Under the pieces are notes generated by a model, which did not search any database, had not been told where the DNA came from, and saw nothing but the letters and a program-made list of their open reading frames with translations. Positions 1 to 12,000 of a stretch of 64,000 nucleotides of DNA are shown here, piece by piece. Where the stretch lies: contig NIVC01002274.1 in the NCBI GenBank assembly GCA_002269645.1, positions 123,914-187,913 of the forward strand. The letters are read 5' to 3'. Origin of the DNA: Macrostomum lignano (taxonomy: Eukaryota). Position numbers and translations under genes: made by a program. Numbering within the stretch: position 1 is the first letter of the stretch; each line of letters opens with the position of its first letter.

Positions 1-107
1 ACAGAGGGCACCTTTAATGCGCCCATTTATAAATAGATGCGTAAATTTCTAGATGTAGATTGTAGTTTTAATTAAATAATTTTGGCTTATTTTCTGTAAG
101 CTGTAAC

Positions 108-297
108 CAGGGCCGTAGGGAGGGGGGATAGGGGGGATGTATCCCCCCGAAGAGCCTGACCAAAACTTTTTTGTTGCCCTTTGTTGCTATACATGCTACC
201 ATGTGACTCCGTCATAGCACTTTTACCTTAGTGTATCCCCCATAGAAAATTCACCTTGGTGTATCCCCCCTGTAGGAAATTCCTGGCTACACACCTG
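108..297. mobile_element. hAT-type MITE (190 bp) with perfect 8-bp TSD
   Basis: Ends CAGGGCCGTAG ... CTACACACCTG (imperfect TIR, CAG..CTG). Flanked by identical GCTGTAAC at 100-107 and 298-305. An 8-bp TSD with CAG termini is typical of hAT elements. Confidence 0.8.
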
Positions 298-1144
298 GCT
301 GTAACACCGAAAATTGGGACATTACTCCCTGCCTTATCTCCTATATGCTAAGTTTCGTACTTAAATACTCATTAACAAACTTCAAACAAGCTCATTCATT
401 AGCACAATAGCAGCTCCGTTTTGTTAATTTACACTTTTATTAATAAGTAACAACCAATCTATTTTCACTTACATTGAAGTAAACAGATTGTTATTGCTAA
501 TAACATTAAAATCAAGAATATTAGCTGTGAACAGCACAATAAACAGAACATCGAAAAGGGTCACACATGAACTATACTGATAATTCTAGAACAACAAAGA
601 TTTAAGTTGATTTAATGGCAGAAATAGAAGACAAGGTGACAGTCAATTATTATAACATTCTTCATACATAGCTTGCATAATTGGGACTCAACGTCATACT
701 TGTACAAATTGAGTAGACTGACTTTTCTATTATTAGCCTCATTTAATTTTATTTAAATTAAAAAATTAGGCTGTAAAATTACTATGATTTGGTGGTAAAA
801 ATGAGAATAAGCGCAGACAGACTACAAGCTGGTGTTAATAAAATAATGATTGTGATAACTTTATCATATATTGATTCAGTCTTGATCTATCCAACCCTAT
901 TAATGTTGTAATCTAAAACATTTCAATTTCTATCCTTATTTAAACCTCCAGGCTTCTTAAAGTAGTCAAATAGTTCCGACCTTGATTGCTAAATCATACG
1001 AGTCAGGAGCAGGCTTTCAAAAAAGAAGTATTAAATGTGATTAGAAGCGACCAGTGAATATACTATATGATTGAGTTACTAATCTTAGTTATGCATACTA
1101 CAATAAGTTTAAGTTTAATCAATCGAAAATGCAAGCAGCGCGAA

Positions 1145-1351
1145 TTAGGATCCAACGATGATGTTGTTGATCGGGATGTGGATCAACTTTACAAAGAAGC
1201 CGATAAATCCCATGATGGCGAAGCCGATGGCAGTGGCAGCGGCGATCTTCTGAAACTCCCGTCGGTCAGGCTTAGTGCACCTGTTCACCAGTCGGATAGA
1301 GTCCTTCACAAACTGCCGAGCAGGCGAGATGAAATCGGTAATTTGGTCCAT
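1145..1351 (-). CDS. SEC61G: Protein transport protein Sec61 subunit gamma (68 aa)
   Basis: [68 protein letters not shown] is the canonical Sec61gamma/SSS1 sequence. No coding intron. Probable 5'UTR intron 1353-1485 (GTAAGA...TTAG just before cATG). Confidence 0.98.
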   Translation of the reverse strand: MDQITDFISPARQFVKDSIRLVNRCTKPDRREFQKIAAATAIGFAIMGFIGFFVKLIHIPINNIIVGS

Positions 1352-2084
1352 GCTAAGGCGTGTAGCTCAAACAGGTTGCTTCACAAAATCTTGCCCAGTT
1401 GGATTAAATGCGAGGAAAGCTAATCAATTAAATACACGAGCAGCAGCTATATTTCTGAGGTTCGCAAGCAAAGCGCCGTTCTTACTCAGCATAATTTAAG
1501 GGTTCACGTATCTCCCTCAAACCCTTCCCTTTCGTCTCTCTTTCTCTGTGTACATTCAATTCCCGCCCCAGGCAGATACGCTACCCCCGACCAACCCCCC
1601 CCCCAGTTGAATGTACACTGGAGTGACTTGGAAAGAAAACTGAATGAAGGCTTTGGGGCTTACCCCAGTTGTGAATTCATGTCTGTGGTCTACTAGTCGT
1701 TTGCCTCTTGTTAAATAACTCAGATGATTATTCGAATATTCTTCGTGTGTACGCGCCCCGTAAAATAATTAAGTAGCACGGACGAGCAGGAGTACAATGC
1801 AGATTGTCTGAGGTTTGAAGGGAAGAGTGGAGTATAACTACTTACGAGTATAATGTATTTCCAAATTTTTCTCATTTTTATAGTATGTTCATACTTTTCA
1901 ACCTCTTATTAACTTATAAGAGTGCGATGCATCACTACTCACTAGTATCAGTATTGTAATCAGCATTAGTGTTGTAAAGATCTTAGACATTTAGGAATAT
2001 GCGGATTGACAGGTTTATTAAGATGATTCATAAAATTGCAAATTGCAGTATGACACACAAACCACAAATAAAAGTCCAAACTGT

Positions 2085-2321
2085 CAGTGGCGTTAGCGTA
2101 TAACATCAATTGCCTGGGGGATGGGGGGGCCGACGGATGTCTGTGGTGGCGGCCACCAGGCTGAGTACCACTTTCTCTTCCATCTTTTACTGGTCTGGGT
2201 ACCTTTGACCAACTGTCAAGTCAATAGATAACTGACAAGCCACATCACAAATGTAATCCTTATGACCCCCCCCCCCACCCAAATGGCAGCCCCCCAATGG
2301 AAATTCCTGGGTACGCCACTG
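2085..2321. mobile_element. hAT-type MITE, older relative of the 108-297 element
   Basis: TIR CAGTGGCGT...ACGCCACTG. Flanks CAAACTGT / AAAACTGC (6/8 TSD match). Shares the subterminal GGAAATTCCTGG(C/G)TAC and G/C tracts with 108-297. Confidence 0.65.
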
Positions 2322-3245
2322 AAAACTGCCACTTTCTTAAGTCAGGTGTCATCTAGCAAAAATTGGAATCGAACCTTAGTACGAGCTAGCTAATAAATCT
2401 TTGCTAGATTGAGTTATTACTTTTGCTTGCGCTCTCTCGATTTTTCATAATTTTTCGTGCTTTACTCTATACTTTCTACTTGTTAGTAGACGAACTCTCC
2501 CCATGAAACTGTCTTGCTTCAAGCTCCCACTCAGAGTGATGCAGAGATTGCTTGAGTCTGTTTTTCACCCCTGCTCAGTTTTTTCTCGATTGCTCAAATG
2601 CTCAATTATTTTATAAATCATGTTTTTCTTAAAATGTTGAAATCCCAAAAGTGCAAAGAAGTCATAATATGTCAGATTATTCTTAGTTAATTTAAATTTA
2701 CATGTACATTTGTTTTCATCATTTCTATATTCAAATTTAAGAAATTAGAATTTTTTTAGTGACACCTTCTATGCTTTGTGAACGGTGACGTTGTCGAGGG
2801 AAGCATGTCTTTTGTAGACCTATAATAAGGTCCTTTGCAGACTCTCGTGTCCAATTAGAGCCTAGGCTAGTGAACCAGCCTGCCAACTAAAAAACAAAGA
2901 TTCAGTAAATGCTCAGCCATCCAGGAGACAATTTAGGATTCTCCAGTTTCTTACCATCGAAAAAGTCGGTTTCTAAAAGTTTGTGCGTGAATTTTACTCT
3001 GATCTTGTATGTTGATTGAATTTGCATATCTTCCTTTTGACAGCAAGGTAGCTCTGTCCTTCGTTCTATTGATCCTGCATACCTGTTCGGATAGGACTTA
3101 AATTTCAAACTTAGCGCGCGCACTGTGCTTGGCAACGTGCCATGAATCTCATCCTTCCTGCCGATGCATTAGACGATGTTCGAGGCTCTGTTTTGTGAGG
3201 CTGAACAGTGAGAGGAAAGGATACACCGGTATAGTTTTTAAGACT

Positions 3246-3992
3246 CACCAAGACAGTGGCGCACACCAAGAGACATTAGCGCACACCAAGAGACATTAGC
3301 GCACACCAAGAGACATTAGCGCACACCAAGAGACATTAGCGCACACCAAGAGACATTAGCGCACACCAAGAGACATTAGCGCACACCAAGAGACATTAGC
3401 GCACACCAAGAGACATTAGCGCACACCAAGAGACATTAGCGCACACCAAGAGACATTAGCGCACACCAAGAGACATTAGCGCACACCAAGAGACATTAGC
3501 GCACACCAAGAGACATTAGCGCACACCAAGAGACATTAGCGCACACCAAGAGACAGTGGCGCACACCAAGAGACAGTGGCGCACACCAAGAGACATTAGC
3601 GCACACCAATTGTAAGAGACAGTGGCGCACACCAAGAGACATTAGCGCACACCAAGAGACAGTGGCGCACACCAAGAGACAGTGGCGCACACCAAGAGAC
3701 ATTAGCGCACACCAAGAGACATTAGCGCACACCAATTGTAAGAGACAGTGGCGCACACCAAGAGACATTAGCGCACACCAAGAGACAGTGGCGCACACCA
3801 AGAGACAGTGGCGCACACCAAGAGACATTAGCGCACACCAAGAGACATTAGCGCACACCAATTGTAAGAGACAGTGGCGCACACCAAGAGACATTAGCGC
3901 ACACCAAGAGACAGTGGCGCACACCAAGAGACAGTGGCGCACACCAAGAGACATTAGCGCACACCAAGAGACATTAGCGCACACCAAGAGAC
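3246..3992. repeat. 20-bp minisatellite (GCACACCAAGAGACATTAGC) with higher-order variants
   Basis: About 36 tandem copies visible. Variants ACAGTGGC and an insertion form (..CCAATTGTAAGAG..) recur about every 126 bp. Confidence 0.95.
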
Positions 3993-4779
3993 AAGGGCGC
4001 CCAGCAAGATCAAGACATCAAGACACAATAATATAAAGCAAAAAGAATCGCGTTCATTCTCAGAGCGTTCATATTTAGAGTTTACTGGCAATATACCCAT
4101 GAATGAAGCCAAATAAAACGAATGAGGCTGTACGCTTGAGTGGGTGCTGCATCAAAAATATCAGTTTGACAATGTAATAAGGTGCCATTGGTGTGCTCAG
4201 CCAGGCACAGTAACTCTGTATTTTACATAGGAATATGCTTGGCTAGGGCTTGGCCACACCCCATTAAAAGCAATTTAGGATTGAATGGTTCTACTGCACG
4301 CCGATTACCCAAGGCTGAGCGAGCACTGACTACAGCCAGGCCAGGCGGCCAGGCGCAAACAATGTAACAATAGAGGCCTCAATGCAGTTCAACAGAATGG
4401 CATCTTGCCTCCAATTCTGCTGTATAAGTATTGTGTATAGTTTACTTCTGTGGGAGAGAAGTGAGGGTTGCTGTGTTTTTCCGCCGAGCTCACAACTCAC
4501 TAGTGATGGCACATGAATGCGAGAAATGGGTGATATAAAGAGCGTGCAGCATTTCTCTATTCGGTGTCACTTAAAGGTTATAAGCAACCTTCGAATTACT
4601 GTAGATATGCACCCGGCCCGGTCATTGGAGCACTCGCGCAACCATCTTCTCATCCATATAATAGGTGCGCAACCCGTGTGAACAGTAATAACGTGCCGGT
4701 ATCGTCTCTACCTGCCGTCCATCGTGCATGCACCTCCCCCCTCTTTCTCTCTCCCTCTGCCTGTCGTGCAGAAGGGCTG

Positions 4780-4785
4780 TATAAA
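4780..4785 (+). promoter_or_regulatory. TATA box of the USP gene
   Basis: TATAAA 93 bp upstream of the USP ATG. AATAAA poly(A) signal at 5414-5419 follows the stop. Confidence 0.55.
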
Positions 4786-4872
4786 TGGGTTGAATAACTA
4801 AGAAGCTGTTCGTTCGCTCGCGAGAACCTCTCTTGCATCTCAAAAACAAGCGCAAAACAGTAAACAACTACA

Positions 4873-5361
4873 ATGTCTCCCAGCCAACGCAACATCGCTC
4901 TGTGCATCGACGGCAGTCAGCAGAGCCACGACGCCATGGCCTACTACGCCGAGTACTTGGCTAAGCCGGAAGACCGGCTGCACCTGTTGAGCGTGGTGGA
5001 TCCACCGGACTACAACACTGGCACCGGATTCGGCGGCGGCCACAGGGCCAGCAAGTACGAGGAGGCCTGGAGCAAGCGGGTGCGCGAGACCGAGGAGATG
5101 CAGGCTCGAGCGCGCGACAACTGGCTGAAGCGGCTCATGCCGGACCTGGCCGAGTCCAACATCTTCGTCCACAATCGCGTGTCAGCCAATCCGGGCGAGG
5201 CTCTTTGCGCCATGATGCGGGAGGTCCCCGCCGACTTGGTGGTAATGGGCTGTCGCGGGCTTGGCACCATGCGGCGCACTTTCATGGGCTCGGTGTCGGA
5301 CTACGTGCTGCATCACAGCCACGTCCCCACCACTGTGGTGCCGCCGCCAAGCAAGAAGTGA
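4873..5361 (+). CDS. Universal stress protein (UspA domain), intronless, 162 aa
   Basis: N-terminal IALCIDGSQQSHDAM and C-terminal DLVVMGCRGLGTMRRTFMGSVSDYVLHHSHVPTTVVP are the USP signature, including the G-x2-G-x9-GS ATP-binding loop. GC3-rich codons. Confidence 0.95.
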   Translation: MSPSQRNIALCIDGSQQSHDAMAYYAEYLAKPEDRLHLLSVVDPPDYNTGTGFGGGHRASKYEEAWSKRVRETEEMQARARDNWLKRLMPDLAESNIFVHNRVSANPGEALCAMMREVPADLVVMGCRGLGTMRRTFMGSVSDYVLHHSHVPTTVVPPPSKK

Positions 5362-6307
5362 GCTGAGACTTCAGACTGATCTGCAGTGAACAATTTAAAA
5401 TTTATTTGACAAAAATAAAGCAGACAAAACTTTGAATTCTCTGGCTGTGCTCGCAGCCAAGGACTGCTGCAGTATAAACAGCACGTAAAGCTCAAGGATC
5501 GTGTAATGTTTTTTGCCAATCTCCATAAAAAATAGCAAAAATCGATGGAGATAGCAAAAATCTATGAAACAAAACTACAGATTTACTTATGAAATAAAAA
5601 TATGAAAATGAAACCTTCACCATACAACCATATAAAATGCAACAGAGAAACGTGCTGTGCATGCTAAATTAATAGAAGTGCCCAGACTACACTTGCCCAG
5701 ATCAAGTGATGAAAAAAGGATTTTTCCGATCTTCACAGCGTATTTTTTCAGGAAATTGATCCAAAAAACACCCGATCTTTGAGTTTTACGCCATGTTATA
5801 CTCATAACAAGGCCGCTCGCAGCTTTTGTTGCACTGTATCTATTTTCCAGAGTAACCATCCGTGATATAAGTGTATCACTCATCGCTGTACGTGTAAATC
5901 TCAGGATCTAATGATTTATTATATTTTATTCCCTAATATTCAATATTTCCTAACCAAATAAAACAGCAACACGTACTACAACATTACTTTTTAAGCTGCA
6001 TGTACTTTTAAGCAAAAGCAACACGACAGGTCGACAAACTGGAACTGCCGACAATCTTAGATAAGCAACAATAAATAACTTTAACTTTAACCTCAGCTCA
6101 GCACTATTCAGTAGTTTTCTTCTTTTTTCAATATTTTCGAATTCGATAATAACAAGCATGCACTTGTACTTATCACTAAAACATTTTATTTTTGTCGAAC
6201 CGCTGCCTGAGTGTTCTCATGTTTTAGTTTCGTTTCACCTATAGCCAGACAAAAATAAAACAAAAAGGCGTCTTGTTTTATTCAAATATTGTTGCTTTAT
6301 ATATGTA

Positions 6308-6580
6308 GCACCCAGTGCACCCGGCAGGAAGCATTGCTGACCGAGCCGGGTTGAGCGCCTGCTCTATTTTACGAAGGCAAGTGTGAGCCGTTTTTAGTGT
6401 TCACCAGGCAGCTTCGCCAACACGAAGGGGTCCAAAGAATGCACCAAGTGTCCTGCTGGTAGCTTGTGTACAAACAGCGCCGCTGAGCCGACCAAGTGCA
6501 AGATATAGGAATGGTTGCGGCCGGTGAATCTAGCAAGTGAACGTTCCAGCTGGAGTGATAAAGTTCTGTACTCTGCTCTA
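6308..6580 (+). pseudogene. Decayed Cys-rich (GCC2/GCC3, ephrin-receptor-like repeat) coding fragment
   Basis: From TTTTTAG|6398 the sequence reads CSPGSFANTKGSKECTKCPAGSLCTNSAAEPTKCKI-stop. Upstream frame gives PAGSIADRAGLSAC. Frames are broken by stops and shifts. Confidence 0.4.
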
Positions 6581-6789
6581 ATTAGTACATAATACTGTAC
6601 CTGATTTCGATCTACCAAACTCAGTTTTATATAATGAGCTGCAGACGAAAGGATGAAATTTATCGACTATTGCATATGCACTTGTATCAATGCCTTGCTC
6701 TACAACTGGACACGACACAAGAGGTCTCTTTCAAGTACTCTCGATCACAATTGCTCTTTCAAGCATCCTAGACCTAGAGTCCTAATACA

Positions 6790-7690
6790 ATGCCTTCAAG
6801 CATCCTGAGAGTCCTGACACAACGCCTCCTTCAAGCATCCTAGAATGCCTTATTCAAGCATCCTAGAGTTCTGACACAACGCCTCCTTCAAGCATCCTTG
6901 AATGCCTTATTCAAGCATCCTAGAGTTCTGACACAATGCCTCCTTAAAGCATCCTAGAATGCCTTATTCAAGCATCCTAGAGTTCTGACACAATGCCTCC
7001 TTCAAGCATCCTAGAATGCCTTATTCAAGCATCCTAGAGTTCTGACACAATGCCTCCTTCAAGCATCCTAGAATGCCTTATTCAAGCATCCTAGAGTTCT
7101 GACACAATGCCTCCTTCAAGCATCCTAGAATGCCTTATTCAAGCATCCTAGAGTTCTGACACAATGCCTCCTTCAAGCATCCTAGAATGCCTTATTCAAG
7201 CATCCTAGAGTTCTGACACAATGCCTCCTTCAAGCATCCTAGAATGCCTTATTCAAGCATCCTAGAGTTCTGACACAATGCCTCCTTCAAGCATCCTAGA
7301 ATGCCTTATTCAAGCATCCTAGAGTTCTGACACAATGCCTCCTTCAAGCATCCTAGAATGCCTTATTCAAGCATCCTAGAGTTCTGACACAATGCCTCCT
7401 TCAAGCATCCTAGAATGCCTTATTCAAGCATCCTAGAGTTCTGACACAATAACTTCTTCAAGCGTCCTGAGAGTCCTGACATAATGCCTCTAAGCATCCT
7501 GAGAGTTCTGACACAATGCCTCCTTCAAGCATCCTGAGAGTCCTGACACAACGCCTTCCTCAGGCATTCTAGAGTTCTGACACAATGCCGCCTTCAAGCA
7601 TCCTAAAGTTCTGACACAATGCCGTCTTCAAGCAACCTAAGAGTCCTGACAATTTTATTCATACGGTCTAATGCCTCCTCAAGCATCCTA
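6790..7690. repeat. About 59-bp tandem repeat with internal TTCAAGCATCCTAGA dimer
   Basis: Unit TTCAAGCATCCTAGAATGCCTTATTCAAGCATCCTAGAGTTCTGACACAATGCCTCC. Homogeneous core with degenerate edges. Confidence 0.95.
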
Positions 7691-8467
7691 AAATAGTGGC
7701 ATGTGCGATGCCGTGTAGGTCACGTGATTTGCTGACTAAATGGCCGGTGGTAAAGTCAATGATTAAAACAAAACAAAAAGTGCAGAGAAATAAGCTAGTG
7801 TAAAAATTTTGTTTATTAGATTAATTAACCTAGCTAGAATGACGCTAATCTTGTTTGAAGAGTAACAAAAACACACTTTTGTTTAAACTACAGAATGCAA
7901 CGGGAGAAAAGAAGTAAATTTCTCGGCTCTGGTTACAAAAGTCAAAAGGCACACACGCGCGCAAAAAAATATGTTAAAGAGAGATAAAATAGTCACGCAC
8001 AGCCTTGCCTGGTGGTGAGGCCTCGGCTGACCCAGAGAGCTCAGAACTCATATCGGACTATTACTCTCTTGAAGCCGTATTCAAAACTATTCATCAAGCA
8101 GCAAAAGCTTCATTAACGAGTCAAGACTCAAAGACCGATTTGGGTTGAGGGAATCGATAGAGCGAAAACGATAGAAAAAAAACTAAAATAGTGATAAGTA
8201 CCGGATGTCGGAATAAGAGAAAGAATAACCATGGGAAAAAGAATTGTATTGTGCCAACAGGTGGTGCAGGTATATCAACTTATTGAATGGGCAAACAAAA
8301 TTCAAATAGAAATATGAGGAGTCGCAAAATAGCAGACAGTGTGGGTTTTATACGCGCTTGAATAAACTGTTATATTAAATGTTCAGTGTATATAGATACT
8401 ACCTAACTCTGGTTGGGCTTGGAGTAAAATGGGGTCGCAGGGTGCACCGCGGGCGGAGCTGTTCCAT

Positions 8468-8891
8468 CCCTAGCAATCCTACAAGTTCCAGTCTGATAGT
8501 CGCCAAAAAGTCGTCAAAGAGTCACCTAAGAGTCAATTTGAGGCGTTCTATTGCCTGCGACTCTGAAATGACTCTGGGGCCGTAGAGTCGGATCTGAGAC
8601 GTGCCAGAGTCGCTGTAGAATCACTGGGTTGCGTCTAAAGCGCATCTGCTTTATGAATTGGAATCGCTTTTTGCATTTATGACAACTCTATTTAGTCTAC
8701 TCGAGTTAGTAGAAATTAAAGCGCTAACACAACGGCTCTCGGACGACTTTTTGCGGCTTGGGTTTTACGATTCTGCAACTCACGTGACGCGCTCGTGACT
8801 CAACAGTCGCCTCACCGTCGTATTGCAATGAAGAGTCACAAGAGTCACTAGTGAGTTGTTTGCGATGACTCTTGAGCGACTCTGGTTAGGG
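8468..8891. mobile_element. Unclassified MITE-like dispersed repeat rich in GAGTC/GACTC
   Basis: Ends CCCTAGC...GGTTAGGG with an internal inverted AGTCGCCAAAAAGTCGTC / GACGACTTTTTGCGGCT. A second copy lies near 44930-45075: 22-bp identity CTCGTGACTCAACAGTCGCCTC at 8792 and 44958, plus AGTCACAAGAGTC and GAGTTGTTTGC(G/A)ATGACTCT. Confidence 0.55.
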
Positions 8892-9061
8892 CAATGTTTT
8901 TCAACGGGATGTCATGGTATATTGTAAGTGGACCTGCAAGGCCATTCAGCTAGTGTCTGGTTGAACACTTTTTATTGAAATCATCAATGAGAAAAGGTCC
9001 CATAAAAAGTGACATAGGTGGGTTTCAGAATTGAAATCCGCTTAATCGAGGCCGGCCGCGC

Positions 9062-12000
9062 TCATTCGGGCACGTGCTCGGAGCCCCGGTCACGCTGCAT
9101 CCGGGACATCATCTCGCCACCAATCAGGCCGTGCGCGGTGCTGAACAGGTTGATGGGCGAGTTGCCGTCCGTGATCAGCGTAGACTTCAGGCCCAGGCTC
9201 TGCAGCATCTTCACCTAGAGAGTGATGTACAGAAATTCGGGACTAAGTTCTTGTTTGTCTATCTGTCATTGAAGATCCCGATACCCGCATATCGACTCCA
9301 ACATTCCACTTCCTGCATCCCGATTCCAGCATCCCACATCCTGCATCCCGACTCCTGCATCCCAGTTCCTGCATCCTGACTCCTGCATCCCACTTCCTGC
9401 ATCACAATCCCCGCACCACCCACCTGCATCTCCGGCCCGGCGTTGGCCATAGCCCGGAGGGTGTCGGTGCCGATGGCGTCCACGAAGCGCTTGAACTTTT
9501 CCACTTCGATCTCTGAAAGCTCCTTCTGGCGCGTCACGTCCAGGTCGTTCTGCTCGCGCTGGTAGGCCAGCTCGGCCTCGCGGGCCAGCTTCACCCGCTC
9601 CAGCTCGGCGGTGGACTCGATGCCCAGGGCCTCGGAACGCAGGCGGGCCTGCTCCACGGCCGCCTGGCCTTCGATGCGGGCCGCCTCCGCGCGGGACTGC
9701 GCCTCCGCCTTCGCCTGGCCGGTGCTCTCCACGGCCGCCGAGTGAGCCTGGCGAAGATGGGACAGGTGGGTTGGGGAGCTCATTGTGGCTTGGGAGCTTA
9801 TTGTGGCTTGGGAGCTTATTGTGACATGGGAGCTCATTGTGGCTTGGGAGCTTATTGTGGCTTGGGAGCTTATTGTGGCTTGCGAGCTCATTGTGGCTTG
9901 CGAGCTCATTGTGGCTTGCGAGCTTATTGTGGCTTGCGAGCTCATTGTGGCTTGCGAGCTCATTGTGGCTTGCGAGCTTATTGTGGCTTGCGAGCTTACA
10001 TGTATTGTGGCTTGGGAGCTCATTGTGACATGGGAGCTTATTGTGGCTTGGGAGCTTATTGTGGCTTGCGAGCTTATTGTGACTTAAGAGCTTATTGTGG
10101 CTTGCGAGCTTATTGTGGCTTGGGAGCTTATTGTGGCTTGCGAGCTTATTGTGAGTTAAGAGCTTATTGTGGCTTGGGAGCTTATTGTGACTTGGGAGTT
10201 TATTGTGGCTTGGGAGCTTATTGTGGCTTGGGAGCTCATTGTGGCTTAAGAGCTTATTGTGGCTTAAGAGCTTATTGTGGCTTAAGAGCTTATTGTGGCT
10301 TAAGAGCTTATTGTGGCTTGGGAAGCTTGTTGGGTTAGTGAGGATGAGTTAAGAAACCTATTACAGAAACAGTTAACAGACACTGAGTAGAGTGAGTGAG
10401 CTTTCCAGAACAGCACAGGTAACACTTCGGGCGAACGCACCTGCAGCTCCAGCAGCTCCCGCCTGGACTTCTCAGCCTCAGCCTCGTCTGAGATCTTCTG
10501 GCGCTCCAGCTTGCCGCGGGCCTCCTGCTCGAGCCGCTCGGCCTCCTGCCTGGCCGTGGCCTCCTGCGAGTTGGTGGTGATCTCGATGGCTAGCTGCACG
10601 GACTTCTGCAGCGCGTCGCGGGTCCGCTGCTCCACCGGCTCCACATTCTGGATGTCCACCGAGGTGATGACCAGGTTGTTCTGCGGCATGCGGAACTCGT
10701 CCCGGATCTTGCCCTGCTCGCTGAAGCCGAACAGCGCGCCGCGGATGATGCGCGCCGAATTGCGATGGAAATCGTCGAAGCCGACAGCCGCAACGGCGCC
10801 GCGCACCCGGCTGGCCACGGCCTTGCACATGTCGCCGACAAAGTCGGGCACGGAGAACAGCTTGGCAGCCTCCTTGGCGTCGGCGATGCACTTGCTGGTG
10901 TCGAAGTGCCAGTTGTAGGACAGCTGGATTTGCAGCCTGGCGTGGTCGGAGGTCTCCAGGGTGATGATGTCGGTGCAGAAGTCGGGGCCGAGCAGCAGGC
11001 ATAGCGACTTGATCACGTTGGGCTTCTTGGGCTTGCCGCCGGACAATGAGAGCTGGGTGAACTGCTCATCGGGGTTGAGCATGACCAGCTCGGGGCCGAA
11101 CACCACGCGGGCCACCTTAGCCTTGTAGTCGTAGATCTGCACGGCGGCGTTGTGCGGCACGCGCAGGGTGACGCTGCGCGTGCGGTCCCGCTGCTTGGAC
11201 TCGGCGTCGTGCTTGCTCCGGTCCGACCTGTCGGCCAGGGGGTCCTTCTGCGAGGCCAGCAGGGTCTCGACGGCCGGTGGCAGGTGCTTCTCCCACAGCT
11301 CCTCGTCGTGGCTCAGCATGTACGTCTCGCCGGAGACGCAGCGCACCTTGCCGGACTTGATGTCGCGCACGTAGATGCCCTCGTTAACGTCCAGCGGGAT
11401 AGCCGTCCGCTTGCAGACGACGTCGACTTCAACGGGCGGCACGTATTCAACTGGGCCGCGGATCATCCAGCGGTCGCCGGGCTTGCGCACCTTGTCGGCG
11501 GTCTCTTTGAACTCCTCCAGAGCGCGCAGGATCAGGCCCTCGTTCTCGCTCAGCACGTAAACACTCTGGATGCCCTTCTCCAGACTCTCGCCGGGCAGCA
11601 GGAAAAAGGAGCGCTCGCCCCGGACCAGCTTCTTCTTGCCCAGCTGCGGCTTGCCCTCCGCGTCGCAGGGGTCGCAGATGACGCAGTACTGTCGGTTGTT
11701 CAGCGTCGTGATGTTGATGACGCCGACCACCTCCTCGTGGACGCCTTTAAGATTAGCGGAAATGCGCAGAAAAGAATTGACAGTTCGTCGAGTTGACAGC
11801 TGAGTTCAAATTTCCTATTTCATTTTTTAACTCTCTTCATCTCATTACTTCCTCAAAATTCTGATCCAAGACTCACGATGGAAATTCTGAGATGCTAAGG
11901 CTCACGGGGTCATTGATGAGATGCCAAGGCTCACGGGGACATTGCTGAATGCTAAGGCTCACGGAGGAAATGCTGGAATGCCAAGGCTCGCGGAGGAAAT

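Noticed and set aside
300-1130. Third CpG desert at Sec61 gamma
   Set aside because: The region is AT-rich but has about 9 CGs in 0.8 kb and no CTAG excess, so it is not comparable with the MRG15 and beta-adaptin domains.
1067-1423. 118-aa plus-strand ORF
   Set aside because: Antisense shadow of Sec61 gamma. Antisense and alternate-frame ORFs over MVP, USP, beta adaptin, VPS54 and the transposase were rejected likewise.
4873-5361. Recent horizontal transfer or bacterial contamination of USP
   Set aside because: It has eukaryotic TATA and poly(A) signals, host-like codon use and host repeats on both sides, and USPs are known from several animal phyla.
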